From contig OY776147.1 in the NCBI GenBank assembly GCA_963675305.1, forward strand, positions 1,334,426-1,398,425: a stretch of DNA of 64,000 nucleotides, read 5' to 3'. The notes beneath the pieces were generated by a model. It ran no database searches and had not been told where the DNA came from. It saw only the letters and a program-made list of their open reading frames with translations. The DNA is from an uncultured Hyphomonas sp. (GTDB taxonomy: Bacteria > Pseudomonadota > Alphaproteobacteria > Caulobacterales > Hyphomonadaceae). This document shows, piece by piece, positions 21,340 to 30,059 of the stretch (positions are counted from its first letter, which is position 1; every line of letters begins with the position of its first letter). A program made the position numbers and the translations under genes.

Positions 21340-22029
21340 ATGTCTTTCCGTCCGTACCCCGTCATGACTGTGCTGACGCTGATCAGTCTTGGGATCCTCA
21401 TCTGGCTGGGCAACTGGCAATACGGCCGCTTCATTCAGAAGATGGAAATCGACCGGCAGACACCGGATTGGACCGTTCTGGACGGTGAGGTCGTTCCCGG
21501 CAGCGAAGTGCTCTCCTACTATTATGTTGAAGGCCAATCCGGATGGATGCGTGTCGTCGCAGTCGATACCGGTGATGACATCGTCTATACGCCGGTCGAG
21601 ATTGTCCAGCAGATCGACCCGCCGGCAGTTTGCGATGGGGAAGGGTGCGCGTCCGGCCGCTTGTCGGCGCGGGGCATCTATAAGCCGCCCTTCAAACGAA
21701 ATGCATTCACCGCGCAGGACGATACGGCCAATCGCGTGTTCTATGTACTGGATCCGGCGACGTACGCCTCCCTTTTGCCGACAGAGCTGGCGGCCCGTGT
21801 AAGACCGGACGTGTTCGAACCGGAAGTGATCCGTTTTGTTTCCGAGAACGGCCCGTATCTCATCGACAATCCCTATGCGCGGCTGCGTCTGGATGATGAA
21901 TTGCCGCCACAGAGGCATTTTGGCTATGCGATCACCTGGTGGGGGCTGGCCATCGCCCTGATCGGCGTATATCTCGCCTTTCATTATCAGAAGGGACGCC
22001 TCAGGTTCCGGAACGAGGACAAGTCGTGA
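21340..22029 (+). CDS. SURF1 family cytochrome oxidase biogenesis protein
   Basis: The 229-aa product has N- and C-terminal TM helices and the C-terminal HFGYAITWWGLA motif. It lies in the conserved position after the cox genes. Confidence 0.88.
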   Translation: MSFRPYPVMTVLTLISLGILIWLGNWQYGRFIQKMEIDRQTPDWTVLDGEVVPGSEVLSYYYVEGQSGWMRVVAVDTGDDIVYTPVEIVQQIDPPAVCDGEGCASGRLSARGIYKPPFKRNAFTAQDDTANRVFYVLDPATYASLLPTELAARVRPDVFEPEVIRFVSENGPYLIDNPYARLRLDDELPPQRHFGYAITWWGLAIALIGVYLAFHYQKGRLRFRNEDKS

Positions 22030-23411
22030 AGTATATCTCTACCCGTGGGCAGGCGCCTTCGACAGATTTTGCCGGTGCATGCCTTGCCGGTCTTGCGCCG
22101 GATGGCGGGCTCTATGTGCCGGAGACATTTCCGCAGATTGCGCCTCCGGCAAAGGGCGAGACCTACGCGGAAGTCGCCGCGCGGATCCTCTCGGCCTTCA
22201 CGGGTGACGCGATTCCCCTGGAGGACCTGAAACCGCTGTGCGAGCGCGCCTATGGCAGCTTCTCGCATCACTGCGTCGCGCCGCTGACGCAGTGGCGGCA
22301 GGACGCCTGGCTGATGGAACTGCACCACGGCCCGACGCTGGCATTCAAGGACATCGCGATGCAGATCATCGCGCAGATCTATGATTACCTGCTGGGTAAG
22401 TCCGGTGAACGCATGATGATTGTCTGCGCCACGTCTGGCGATACGGGCGGGGCTGCAGCGGCGGCATTTGCCGATGCGAAACACGCCGATCTTGTGATCC
22501 TGCATCCGCATGGGCGCATCTCACCGGTGCAGCGCATGTTCATGACGACGACGGGGGCTGCCAATGTCGTCAACCTCGCGCTCGATGGCGATTTCGATGA
22601 TTGCCAGGCCATCGTGAAGGACATGTTCGGAGACCGGGAATTTGTGGACCGGGTAAACCTCTCCGGTGTGAACTCCATAAACTGGGCTCGGGTTGCTGCG
22701 CAGTCGGTTTATTATGCGACGGTTCAGGCTGCGCTCGGCGGCGCGCTTCGTTTCGTTGTTCCCAGCGGCAATATGGGCGATGCGCTTGCTGGCTATGTTG
22801 CCGCCCGCTGCGGTTTGCTGAGTGGTGGGTTTGAAGCGGTCTGCGCGGTCAATGCGAATGATGCTCTGGCGCGTCTGTTCAATACGGGCGTAATGTCCCG
22901 CGCATCTGCGGTGGCAACGCCCAGCCCGGCGATGGACATTTCAGTCCCTTCGAATTTCGAACGCCTGTTGTTCGAGATGACCGGGCGGGATGCGGCAGCC
23001 GTCCGGAAAACATACGACACTTACAAACAGTCCGGCGAGGCGCCGCTGCCGCCAGAAGCCGTATCCCGCCTGAAATGCTCCGGCCTGTCGGCGGCGTCTG
23101 TCAGCAATGACCAGACGATGAGCGAAATGAAGCAGTTCGAATCAGAGACCGGCTGGCAAATTTGTCCGCATACGGCTGTTGGTACATTCCATGCGCGCAG
23201 CCTGCCGGAGGCGGATGTGAAAACAGTCGTGCTGGCGACGGCCGCTGCAGCGAAGTTCCCGGAGACTGTGGAAGAGGCAACCGGGCGCAAGCCTGCGATG
23301 CCCGCCCGCGCCGAAGCGCTTTACCAGCGTGAAGAAGTCTTTGAGCAGACTGATGCTTCCATCGCCACTGTGCGCGCACGCATTGAGCAGCATGTCGGGC
23401 GGAGCCGGTAA
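22026..23411 (+). CDS. thrC: threonine synthase
   Basis: From GTG 22026 the N-terminus is VKYISTRG, and the PLP-lysine region is GPTLAFKDIAMQ. It overlaps the SURF1 stop by 4 nt. The track start is 21939. Confidence 0.93.
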   Translation: MKYISTRGQAPSTDFAGACLAGLAPDGGLYVPETFPQIAPPAKGETYAEVAARILSAFTGDAIPLEDLKPLCERAYGSFSHHCVAPLTQWRQDAWLMELHHGPTLAFKDIAMQIIAQIYDYLLGKSGERMMIVCATSGDTGGAAAAAFADAKHADLVILHPHGRISPVQRMFMTTTGAANVVNLALDGDFDDCQAIVKDMFGDREFVDRVNLSGVNSINWARVAAQSVYYATVQAALGGALRFVVPSGNMGDALAGYVAARCGLLSGGFEAVCAVNANDALARLFNTGVMSRASAVATPSPAMDISVPSNFERLLFEMTGRDAAAVRKTYDTYKQSGEAPLPPEAVSRLKCSGLSAASVSNDQTMSEMKQFESETGWQICPHTAVGTFHARSLPEADVKTVVLATAAAAKFPETVEEATGRKPAMPARAEALYQREEVFEQTDASIATVRARIEQHVGRSR

Positions 23412-23412
23412 G

Positions 23413-23982
23413 ATGCTGCCGCCTCTCCGCGAAACCCGGGTTACGACGGAGCGGCTGGTTCTGGCGCCACCTTTCAAGGCCGATTTCGCGGAGTGGGCCG
23501 ATATTCGGGATCGTAGCCGCGCTCATCTTGAACCGTGGGAACCGAACTGGCCGCAGGACGTCCACAGCAAGTCAGATTGGGCACGCCGCCTGAAAGCCTG
23601 GCACAGCGGGTGGCGCAAAGGCCGGGCGCATGTCTTCCTCATAAGGCGTCAGCAGGATAACCGGCTCGTGGGCGGGGTGTCGTTGACCAATGTCCGGGGC
23701 TGGCCAGCTCAGGCAGCCAATATCGGCTATTGGATTGGTGAGGCCTATGAAGGGCAGGGCTATATGCAGGAAGCGGTCGGCACTGTGTGTGCCTGGGCTT
23801 TCCAGGTTCTGGACCTCTGGCGGATCGAGGCCGGCACGCTGCCGAACAATGAGCGGTCTCAGAGAGTCCTTGCGAAGGTCGGCTTCGAACGGGAAGGATA
23901 TGCCCGCGATTATCTGGAGATCGCGGGAAAACGGGAAGATCACATACTTTTCGCCCTCGTCAGGCCGGCATCGCAGCGCTAG
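23413..23982 (+). CDS. GNAT family N-acetyltransferase (RimJ/RimL-like)
   Basis: It resembles RimJ/L (TERLVLAPP ... IGYWIGEAYEGQGYMQEAV ... NERSQRVLAKVGFEREG). The ATG at 23413 follows directly after the thrC stop. Confidence 0.85.
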   Translation: MLPPLRETRVTTERLVLAPPFKADFAEWADIRDRSRAHLEPWEPNWPQDVHSKSDWARRLKAWHSGWRKGRAHVFLIRRQQDNRLVGGVSLTNVRGWPAQAANIGYWIGEAYEGQGYMQEAVGTVCAWAFQVLDLWRIEAGTLPNNERSQRVLAKVGFEREGYARDYLEIAGKREDHILFALVRPASQR

Positions 23983-23994
23983 ATTCCCCTCATC

Positions 23995-25023
23995 ATGGCG
24001 CACACCTCCGAGATCACCCCGCAGGGAAACTGGTACTGGAACGCTCCGGCCAGGCGCCTCGTGATCGATGTGCCGCGTGGATCGGACTATTCCGAACTGT
24101 CGGGGGACTGGTCGATAGATGCGCTTGAGCAGATGCTGGAAGGGCTCAGCCGCGGCCGGCTTGAGCGGACCTTTGACACAGGCGATGGACCCGTCCGATG
24201 CAATCTGCGTTTGTCGAGCGGACTTGGATTCCATCTCGTCGGGGCATTTGTCGGTGATGCCGAAGCCCGCGGCATGTTGCTGACGGGCGATGATCTGCAG
24301 GAAATCGATCCCTCGGACCTGAAACCCGGTCCGGACCTGGCGCCGGTCTTCCAGCCCATCGTGTCGCTACGAAATGGTCAGGTTGCAGGCTTCGAGGCGC
24401 TGGCCCGTTGGGACGATGGTGACCGAATGTCACCGCCAAGCCGTTATGAAGATGAGGCGCTCGCCTCAAACATGCTGATCCGTTCTGCCGAGGCATTGGC
24501 CCGCCTGCGCGACATCACCGGCCGCGACGACCTGTTCATGCAGGTGAACCTGACTGCGCGGGACCTGGCACGCGGTACGCTTCCGGCATTGATTGAGGCG
24601 CTGATGAATGGCTACCAGTTGCCGGAGAGGTCTCTGAAGATTGAGCTGACGGAACAGGCGGCCCTGCGGGATGCCGATTATGCCTTGTCAGCCGCTCTCG
24701 CGCTCAAGGCGGTCGGCGCCGGTCTGGTTCTTGACGATTTTGGTACCGGGCATTCGTCATTCGCCTGGCTGGCGGACTTGCCGGCGGACAGCCTGAAGAT
24801 CGACCACGGCCTGACGCGCAGGCTGGGCCAACACCGGACGGATACGATCCTCTCTACAATCACCTTGCTGGCGAACCGACTGGGCATGACCAGCACAGCC
24901 GAGGGAGTCGAGCAGAAAGAAGATGCTGCTCGGCTGCGTGCACTTGGCTTCGATCATGTTCAGGGATTTGCGTTTGCCCGGCCGATGGACATCGATTCCG
25001 CCATTCGCTTCATGCGGTACTGA
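23995..25023 (+). CDS. EAL domain protein (predicted c-di-GMP phosphodiesterase) with unassigned N-terminal domain
   Basis: Catalytic EAL signatures are all present: FEALARW, QVNLTARDL, ELTE, DDFGTGHSSF, LKIDHGL, AEGVE, QGFAF. There is no GGDEF domain. The N-terminal ~110 aa are unassigned. Confidence 0.85.
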   Translation: MAHTSEITPQGNWYWNAPARRLVIDVPRGSDYSELSGDWSIDALEQMLEGLSRGRLERTFDTGDGPVRCNLRLSSGLGFHLVGAFVGDAEARGMLLTGDDLQEIDPSDLKPGPDLAPVFQPIVSLRNGQVAGFEALARWDDGDRMSPPSRYEDEALASNMLIRSAEALARLRDITGRDDLFMQVNLTARDLARGTLPALIEALMNGYQLPERSLKIELTEQAALRDADYALSAALALKAVGAGLVLDDFGTGHSSFAWLADLPADSLKIDHGLTRRLGQHRTDTILSTITLLANRLGMTSTAEGVEQKEDAARLRALGFDHVQGFAFARPMDIDSAIRFMRY

Positions 25024-25584
25024 TCAGGCATTTCCCGGATCAACCTGAAGCCTGCCGCTGTCGATCCCCAGACGGCCCAGCGCATGGCGCCATTTGCGTT
25101 CATGTGCGCTGGAGAAAATGAGTTCCGGATCCATGTCGCAAACAAGCCAGGCATTTTCAGCCAGTTCCGCTTCGAGCTGGCCGGCGCCCCAGCCGGAATA
25201 GCCAAGCGCCAGGACACTGCGCCGGGGCGGATGCGCAGACCCCATGGCGTGCAGGATGTCCCGCGTGGCGGTCATGCAGATGTCGCCTTCTACCGGCAGG
25301 CTTGCGCCTTCATTGTAGACATCGTCGGTATGCAGCACAAAACCGCGGTCAGAACTGACCGGGCCACCATCCAGCACGAACGTGTCAGGCACGTCTGCTT
25401 CGATCGGCACGTCGAGTTGTTCGAACAGTTGCGGCAAGCGCAGATGCGCCATGGGCTTGTTGAGCACGATGCCCATCGCGAATTCCGGGGAGTGGGCGCA
25501 GACCAGAATGACCGAACGCGAAAAGCGTGCATCGCCGATGCCGGGCAGGGCGATCAGGAGCTTGCCTGTCAGGTCTGTGTCCAT
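25024..25584 (-). CDS. YqgE/AlgH family protein (UPF0301)
   Basis: From ATG 25584 the N-terminus is MDTDLTGKLLIALPGIGDARFSRSVILVCAH, typical of YqgE/AlgH. The track start is 25665. Confidence 0.88.
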   Translation of the reverse strand: MDTDLTGKLLIALPGIGDARFSRSVILVCAHSPEFAMGIVLNKPMAHLRLPQLFEQLDVPIEADVPDTFVLDGGPVSSDRGFVLHTDDVYNEGASLPVEGDICMTATRDILHAMGSAHPPRRSVLALGYSGWGAGQLEAELAENAWLVCDMDPELIFSSAHERKWRHALGRLGIDSGRLQVDPGNA

Positions 25585-25707
25585 TGTGCGCGGCTTCCTT
25601 AAATGCTGAGGCTGAGCCATCCCGGCCGCTTTGGCAAGGGCGGGAATCCTTGCTTCGCAGCGCATGGCAGCCTATCTCCATGGTCAAACCTGCAGGGAGA
25701 AAAGCAG

Positions 25708-26190
25708 ATGAGCATCAAGGTCGGTGATAAACTTCCGGACGCAACTTTCATGGAAATGACGGCAGATGGCCCGGCGCCATGCACAACGGCAGACGTCTTC
25801 GGCGGCAAAACGGTCGCCCTGTTCGCCGTGCCTGGCGCATTCACCCCGACCTGTTCGGCAAAACACCTTCCCGGCTTTGTCGACAAGCTCGACGAGCTGA
25901 AAGGCAAGGGTGTGGATGATGTCGTCTGCACCTCGGTCAACGATGTGTTCGTCATGGGCGCCTGGGGCAAGAGTGCCGGCGCAGATGGCAAAGTCCGCAT
26001 GCTGGCTGACGGCAACGGCACGTTTGCGAAAGCCCTCGGCCTGGAGATGGACGGCTCAGGCTTTGGCATGGGCCAGCGGTCGCAGCGTTATTCCATGATC
26101 GTGAAAGACGGCGTGGTTTCCGAGCTCAATGTCGAGCAGGGCGGAGAGTTCAAGGTTTCCAGCGCAGACTACATGCTCGGACAACTTTGA
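25708..26190 (+). CDS. peroxiredoxin (Prx5-type)
   Basis: The 160-aa product from ATG 25708 has the peroxidatic Cys motif PGAFTPTCS. Confidence 0.92.
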   Translation: MSIKVGDKLPDATFMEMTADGPAPCTTADVFGGKTVALFAVPGAFTPTCSAKHLPGFVDKLDELKGKGVDDVVCTSVNDVFVMGAWGKSAGADGKVRMLADGNGTFAKALGLEMDGSGFGMGQRSQRYSMIVKDGVVSELNVEQGGEFKVSSADYMLGQL

Positions 26191-26229
26191 TTTAATTGGC
26201 GTAACGCCTTTTAACCATTTCAGTTCATG

Positions 26230-26270
26230 ATCGGCGTGCTTGGGGGACAGGCACGCCGATTTTGTTCGAT
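26230..26270 (+). terminator. Rho-independent terminator after peroxiredoxin gene
   Basis: ATCGGCGTGC (26230-26239) pairs with GCACGCCGAT (26251-26260), followed by TTTTGTT. Confidence 0.8.
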
Positions 26271-26334
26271 TTTTATTGAAAAACGGCAAATCCCTCCCCA
26301 CTTATAACTGTGTGTAGCAGAGGAGAGGGACCTA

Positions 26335-27285
26335 ATGGATCCGTATTTTGTGGTGATCGTACTCGTCTTTGTGGTGGCGATCACCGGGCTTGTGTCGGCA
26401 TTCAAGTTCGTGCCCCAAGGGTATAATTTCACGGTGGAACGTTTCGGACGCTACACCAAGACGCTGACGCCCGGTTTGTCTGTCATTACGCCATTTATCG
26501 ACCGGGTCGGCCGGAAGATGAACATGATGGAGACGGTCCTAGATGTACCTCAGCAGGAAGTCATCACCAAGGACAACGCCATGGTGTCCTGCGATGCTAT
26601 CGTCTTCATTCAGGTGATTGATCCCGTGGCCGCGGCCTATGAGGTCAACAATCTCCACCACGCCATTCAGAACCTTTCGCTGACCAATATCCGTACCGTG
26701 GTCGGCTCGATGGACCTGGATGAGGTTCTGTCAAACCGCGATGACATCAACGCCCGCCTTCTCAGCGTGATTGATGCCGCAACGAACCCCTGGGGCGTGA
26801 AAGTCACGCGGATCGAGATTGCCGATCTCAGCCCGCCGGCGGACATCACCGAAGCCATGGCCCGCCAGATGAAGGCCGAGCGTCTGAAGCGTGCGGAAAT
26901 CCTGACGGCAGAAGGCGACAAGCAGTCGGCCATTCTGAAGGCCGAAGGCCAGAAACAGGCGCAGATCCTCGAAGCTGAAGGCCGCCGCGAAGCAGCCTTC
27001 CGCGATGCTGAAGCCCGCGAACGTGAAGCCGAAGCTGAAGCCAAGGCGACCGCAATGGTGTCTGAGGCGATCGCGCGCGGTGACGTCAATGCGATCAACT
27101 ACTTCCTCGGCCAGGCTTATGTGGAAGCCTTCAGTAAGCTCGCGACGTCCAACCAGCAGAAGACGGTCATCATTCCGGCCGAGTTCTCCAGCATCATCGG
27201 CGCCATTGAAGGTATCAAAGGCCTCACTGGTGCCGCCAAAGACGTTCAGGTTCAGTCCGGCGCCGTGCCGCCGACACGAGGCTGA
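26335..27285 (+). CDS. SPFH/band 7 (stomatin-like) membrane protein
   Basis: It has an N-terminal TM helix, an SPFH core ([24 protein letters not shown]) and an Ala/Glu coiled-coil tail. GAGGAGAGGGA lies before the ATG. Confidence 0.92.
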   Translation: MDPYFVVIVLVFVVAITGLVSAFKFVPQGYNFTVERFGRYTKTLTPGLSVITPFIDRVGRKMNMMETVLDVPQQEVITKDNAMVSCDAIVFIQVIDPVAAAYEVNNLHHAIQNLSLTNIRTVVGSMDLDEVLSNRDDINARLLSVIDAATNPWGVKVTRIEIADLSPPADITEAMARQMKAERLKRAEILTAEGDKQSAILKAEGQKQAQILEAEGRREAAFRDAEAREREAEAEAKATAMVSEAIARGDVNAINYFLGQAYVEAFSKLATSNQQKTVIIPAEFSSIIGAIEGIKGLTGAAKDVQVQSGAVPPTRG

Positions 27286-27298
27286 GGCCTGCCAATTT

Positions 27299-27328
27299 CA
27301 GGTGCCCCGGACTGATCCGGGGCACCTG
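27299..27328 (+). other. Perfect 12-bp GC-rich hairpin between SPFH and NfeD genes
   Basis: CAGGTGCCCCGG-actgat-CCGGGGCACCTG is followed by a second small stem ACAGA-cga-TCTGT plus TTTC at 27329-27345. It is intercistronic and may be a processing or partial termination element. Confidence 0.6.
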
Positions 27329-27356
27329 ACAGACGATCTGTTTTCGGAGGCGTACA

Positions 27357-27833
27357 ATGTTGGAAGAGCTATTTACCCACCTGACCGTCTGGCACTGGCT
27401 GGCGCTTGGGTTGCTGCTGTTCGGCATCGAGATGATGACCGGAACCTTTGATCTGCTGATGATCTCCATCGCTGCCTGGCTTACCGCAGCCTTTGCCGCG
27501 TTTGCGCCGGACAGTCTGACCCATTGGCAGGGGCAGGTTCTGTTCTTCGGGGCGGCGTCAGTGGCCCTCTTTGTTCTGGGCCGCACTGTGCTTTCCGGTA
27601 TGCGCAAGACCACGCCGGAGCATCCAACGCTGAACAAGCGCATGGACAGCCTGATCGGGCAGCGCGGCGTAGCCACATCAGATTTTTCGAATGCCGGGCA
27701 GGGACGCGTGAAGATTGGCGACACGGTCTGGGGCGCCGAGACCGTGGATGGCTCGGAGGTCATTCACAATGGAGACGACATTGTGGTCGAGGGCACGCGC
27801 ATGAACACGGCCCTCGTCCGGAAGAGTGCCTGA
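27357..27833 (+). CDS. NfeD family membrane protein
   Basis: The 158-aa product has an N-terminal TM bundle plus a C-terminal OB-fold-like segment (GQGRVKIGDTVWGAE...VVEG). It is adjacent to the SPFH partner. Confidence 0.85.
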   Translation: MLEELFTHLTVWHWLALGLLLFGIEMMTGTFDLLMISIAAWLTAAFAAFAPDSLTHWQGQVLFFGAASVALFVLGRTVLSGMRKTTPEHPTLNKRMDSLIGQRGVATSDFSNAGQGRVKIGDTVWGAETVDGSEVIHNGDDIVVEGTRMNTALVRKSA

Positions 27834-27845
27834 TCCCGATCGGGA

Positions 27846-29372
27846 TTATTGCCCGGCCTGAATGAACCCGCGGACATCGTTTGAGAGCTTCGCCCCGTCG
27901 GACTCCTTCAGATACATCATGTGCCCGGCGTCGTAGTAATCGAACTGGACCCGGTCGAGCACGACGCCATTCTGGTACATCGCCATTTCTGCGCCGAAGA
28001 ATGGCGTCGCCAGGTCGTACCAGCCTGATGCCAGCAGAACCTTCAGGTCCGGGTTTTCCCGCATGCCTTTGCCGAGCCAGGGCGTGACGTTCACATAGGC
28101 CGGCCAGCCCTGCTCGTTCATGCTCCAGTTCCATTGTGAGCCGGGCTCTCCTGTCAGCACTTTATAGGGGCGGGTAAAGTCCACTTTCAGCTCGCGGGTC
28201 AGGTAGTCATTGATCGCGGCGACATAGGCCGTGTCCATTCCGTAGCCGGACGGATCGTTCTCGGGCGCGTCTGCCGTGCCTTCACTGTCGATGCCTTTGT
28301 AGCGGCCGTCAAACCGCCCAACCGTGTAGCCTTCATTGCGCAACAGTTCCTTGCGGAACCGTGTCGCGTCCACACGCAGGTTCGCCAGTTCGATCCATTT
28401 CGCAGAGACACCGAGATAATCGCTCATGTCGGCAGCAATGGCGCTTTTCTGTTCGGCCGTCAGTGTCGAACCACGGATCAGGGCCGGGGCCAGCGTGTCT
28501 GTCGCATAGGTCCGCGCGTCGGCAACAAATGCGTCGAAATTATTGTTCCATCGCGCCTTGTTTGCCTTGCCATGATACCAGGCAATTGCGGCTTCGGTCG
28601 GGAAGAAGGCGATATGGGGGGAGTCATTGCCAGGCGCAAAACGCGCATTCTGGAAGTCCAGGATTGCCGAGATCAGGATGACCCCGTTCAGGCCGATCCC
28701 GTTCCAACCGCCTTGCAGTTTCTCTGTGAGGGCGGCGGCCCGTGTCGTGCCATAGCTTTCGCCAGCCAGGAATTTCGGGCTGTTCCAGCGGCCATTTTCC
28801 GTCAGCCAGACGCGGACGAATTCGGCAATGCTCTCCGCGTCTTCGTTGACGCCATAGAATTCCTTGCCTTCCGTGTCCCCGAGCGGGCGGGAGTAGCCCG
28901 TCCCGACGGGGTCGATGAAGACGAGGTCGCTGACATCCAGGAGTGAATTCTGATTGTCCTGGATCGTGTAGGGCGGCGCGCCGACACCGCGTGCGTCCGA
29001 TGGCGTAATCACCTGTTTCGGACCGAAAGCGCCCATGTGCAGCCACAGGGACGCCGAGCCCGGCCCACCATTGAAGACGAATGTCACAGGCCGCGTTGTC
29101 GGATCGCTGACGCCATCGCGGAGATAGGCAACCGAGAAGATCGATGCGGTCGGCTCGTCTTTCTCGTCCCGGAGATAGGTCTCACCGGCAATGGTTTTGT
29201 ATTTGATCGTTTGGCCGCGGAGCTTGAACGTGTGATCGGAAGAGAAGGATTTTGCTTCGGGGATCGCTGCTGCACTGGCCACAGATCCAGATGTTTCCGG
29301 TTTCACCGTTTCATCCGCGAAAGCCGGTCCCATGGACAAGGCCAGACCGAGGGCAATCAACCACGCACGCAT
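27846..29372 (-). CDS. S10 family serine carboxypeptidase, secreted
   Basis: It has the nucleophile motif GESYG (FLAGESYGTTR). The start at ATG 29372 has GGAG 8 nt upstream and precedes the signal peptide MRAWLIALGLALSMGPAFA. The track start is 29465. Confidence 0.85.
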   Translation of the reverse strand: MRAWLIALGLALSMGPAFADETVKPETSGSVASAAAIPEAKSFSSDHTFKLRGQTIKYKTIAGETYLRDEKDEPTASIFSVAYLRDGVSDPTTRPVTFVFNGGPGSASLWLHMGAFGPKQVITPSDARGVGAPPYTIQDNQNSLLDVSDLVFIDPVGTGYSRPLGDTEGKEFYGVNEDAESIAEFVRVWLTENGRWNSPKFLAGESYGTTRAAALTEKLQGGWNGIGLNGVILISAILDFQNARFAPGNDSPHIAFFPTEAAIAWYHGKANKARWNNNFDAFVADARTYATDTLAPALIRGSTLTAEQKSAIAADMSDYLGVSAKWIELANLRVDATRFRKELLRNEGYTVGRFDGRYKGIDSEGTADAPENDPSGYGMDTAYVAAINDYLTRELKVDFTRPYKVLTGEPGSQWNWSMNEQGWPAYVNVTPWLGKGMRENPDLKVLLASGWYDLATPFFGAEMAMYQNGVVLDRVQFDYYDAGHMMYLKESDGAKLSNDVRGFIQAGQ

Positions 29373-29465
29373 ATCAGATACTCCGCTGTCACAATTGCGG
29401 CGGACCCTATCAGCTAAGGGAGGCCGGGCAAGGTTGCAGGCTGAGACAGCGGCATTGAAACACAA

Positions 29466-29499
29466 GAAAAAACGCCGGCATCTCGCGATACCGGCGTTT
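29466..29499 (-). terminator. Rho-independent terminator after bactofilin gene
   Basis: On the minus strand, ACGCCGG (29497-29491) pairs with CCGGCGT (29478-29472), followed by TTTTTT (the plus-strand A-run 29467-29472). Confidence 0.75.
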
Positions 29500-29519
29500 C
29501 AATTCAAATGCAGCCTGGA

Positions 29520-30059
29520 TCAGGAAGCGGTTGGCGAAATGCCGAAGCCACCTGTGGCGTTGGGAGTCGCGCTCGGCGCCGAGGAGGACGCGGCCGGACG
29601 AGCATCGCTGGCAGCTGCGCGCGGGGCGGCATCCTTCAGCGGATCGTCAGAGTGTTTGACCTGGCCTTCGAAAACGGCGTTCGACTGGATCTGCAGCGAA
29701 GAGTGAACGATGTCGCCCTTCACGTGTGCACCGGTTTCCAGTTCGACCTTGCGGGCGCGGATGGAGCCCTTGATGCGGCCTTTGACTTTTACGACTTCGG
29801 CTTTGACCTCGCCGGTGATGTGACCGGAGGCGCCGATGGTGATGTCGGTCGCGGCCACGTCGCCATCGACGGTACCATCAATCTGCAGTGCGCCTTCCGA
29901 CGTCACCGAGCCATTGATCTTCATGTCTGCGCAAATGATGGACGCAGCCCGGGCGGCCGGCTTCGAGGCGGCGCCGCGGATGGCATCGACAGAGGGTTGG
30001 ACCTTGGCCGGCTCAGGTGCCGCCGGCGTATCGTTGTGTTTGTTACTCTTGGTGAACAT
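29520..30059 (-). CDS. bactofilin family cytoskeletal protein
   Basis: The 179-aa product has a repetitive beta-helix core (INGSVTSEGALQIDGTVDGDVAATDITIGASGHITGEVKAEVVKVKGRIKGSI) and disordered Ala/Pro termini. Confidence 0.9.
   Translation of the reverse strand: MFTKSNKHNDTPAAPEPAKVQPSVDAIRGAASKPAARAASIICADMKINGSVTSEGALQIDGTVDGDVAATDITIGASGHITGEVKAEVVKVKGRIKGSIRARKVELETGAHVKGDIVHSSLQIQSNAVFEGQVKHSDDPLKDAAPRAAASDARPAASSSAPSATPNATGGFGISPTAS

Noticed and set aside
26211-26218. A CtrA half-site-like TTAACCAT downstream of the peroxiredoxin gene, and a near TTAA-N7-TTAA (TAAAaggcttgTTAA, 31423-31437) upstream of the M23-bactofilin operon.
   Set aside because: The first lies before the terminator hairpin in a 3' UTR, and a single 8-mer is about what chance predicts in 128 kb of two-strand sequence. 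The second has a mismatch. Neither can be evaluated without a position weight matrix and comparative data.
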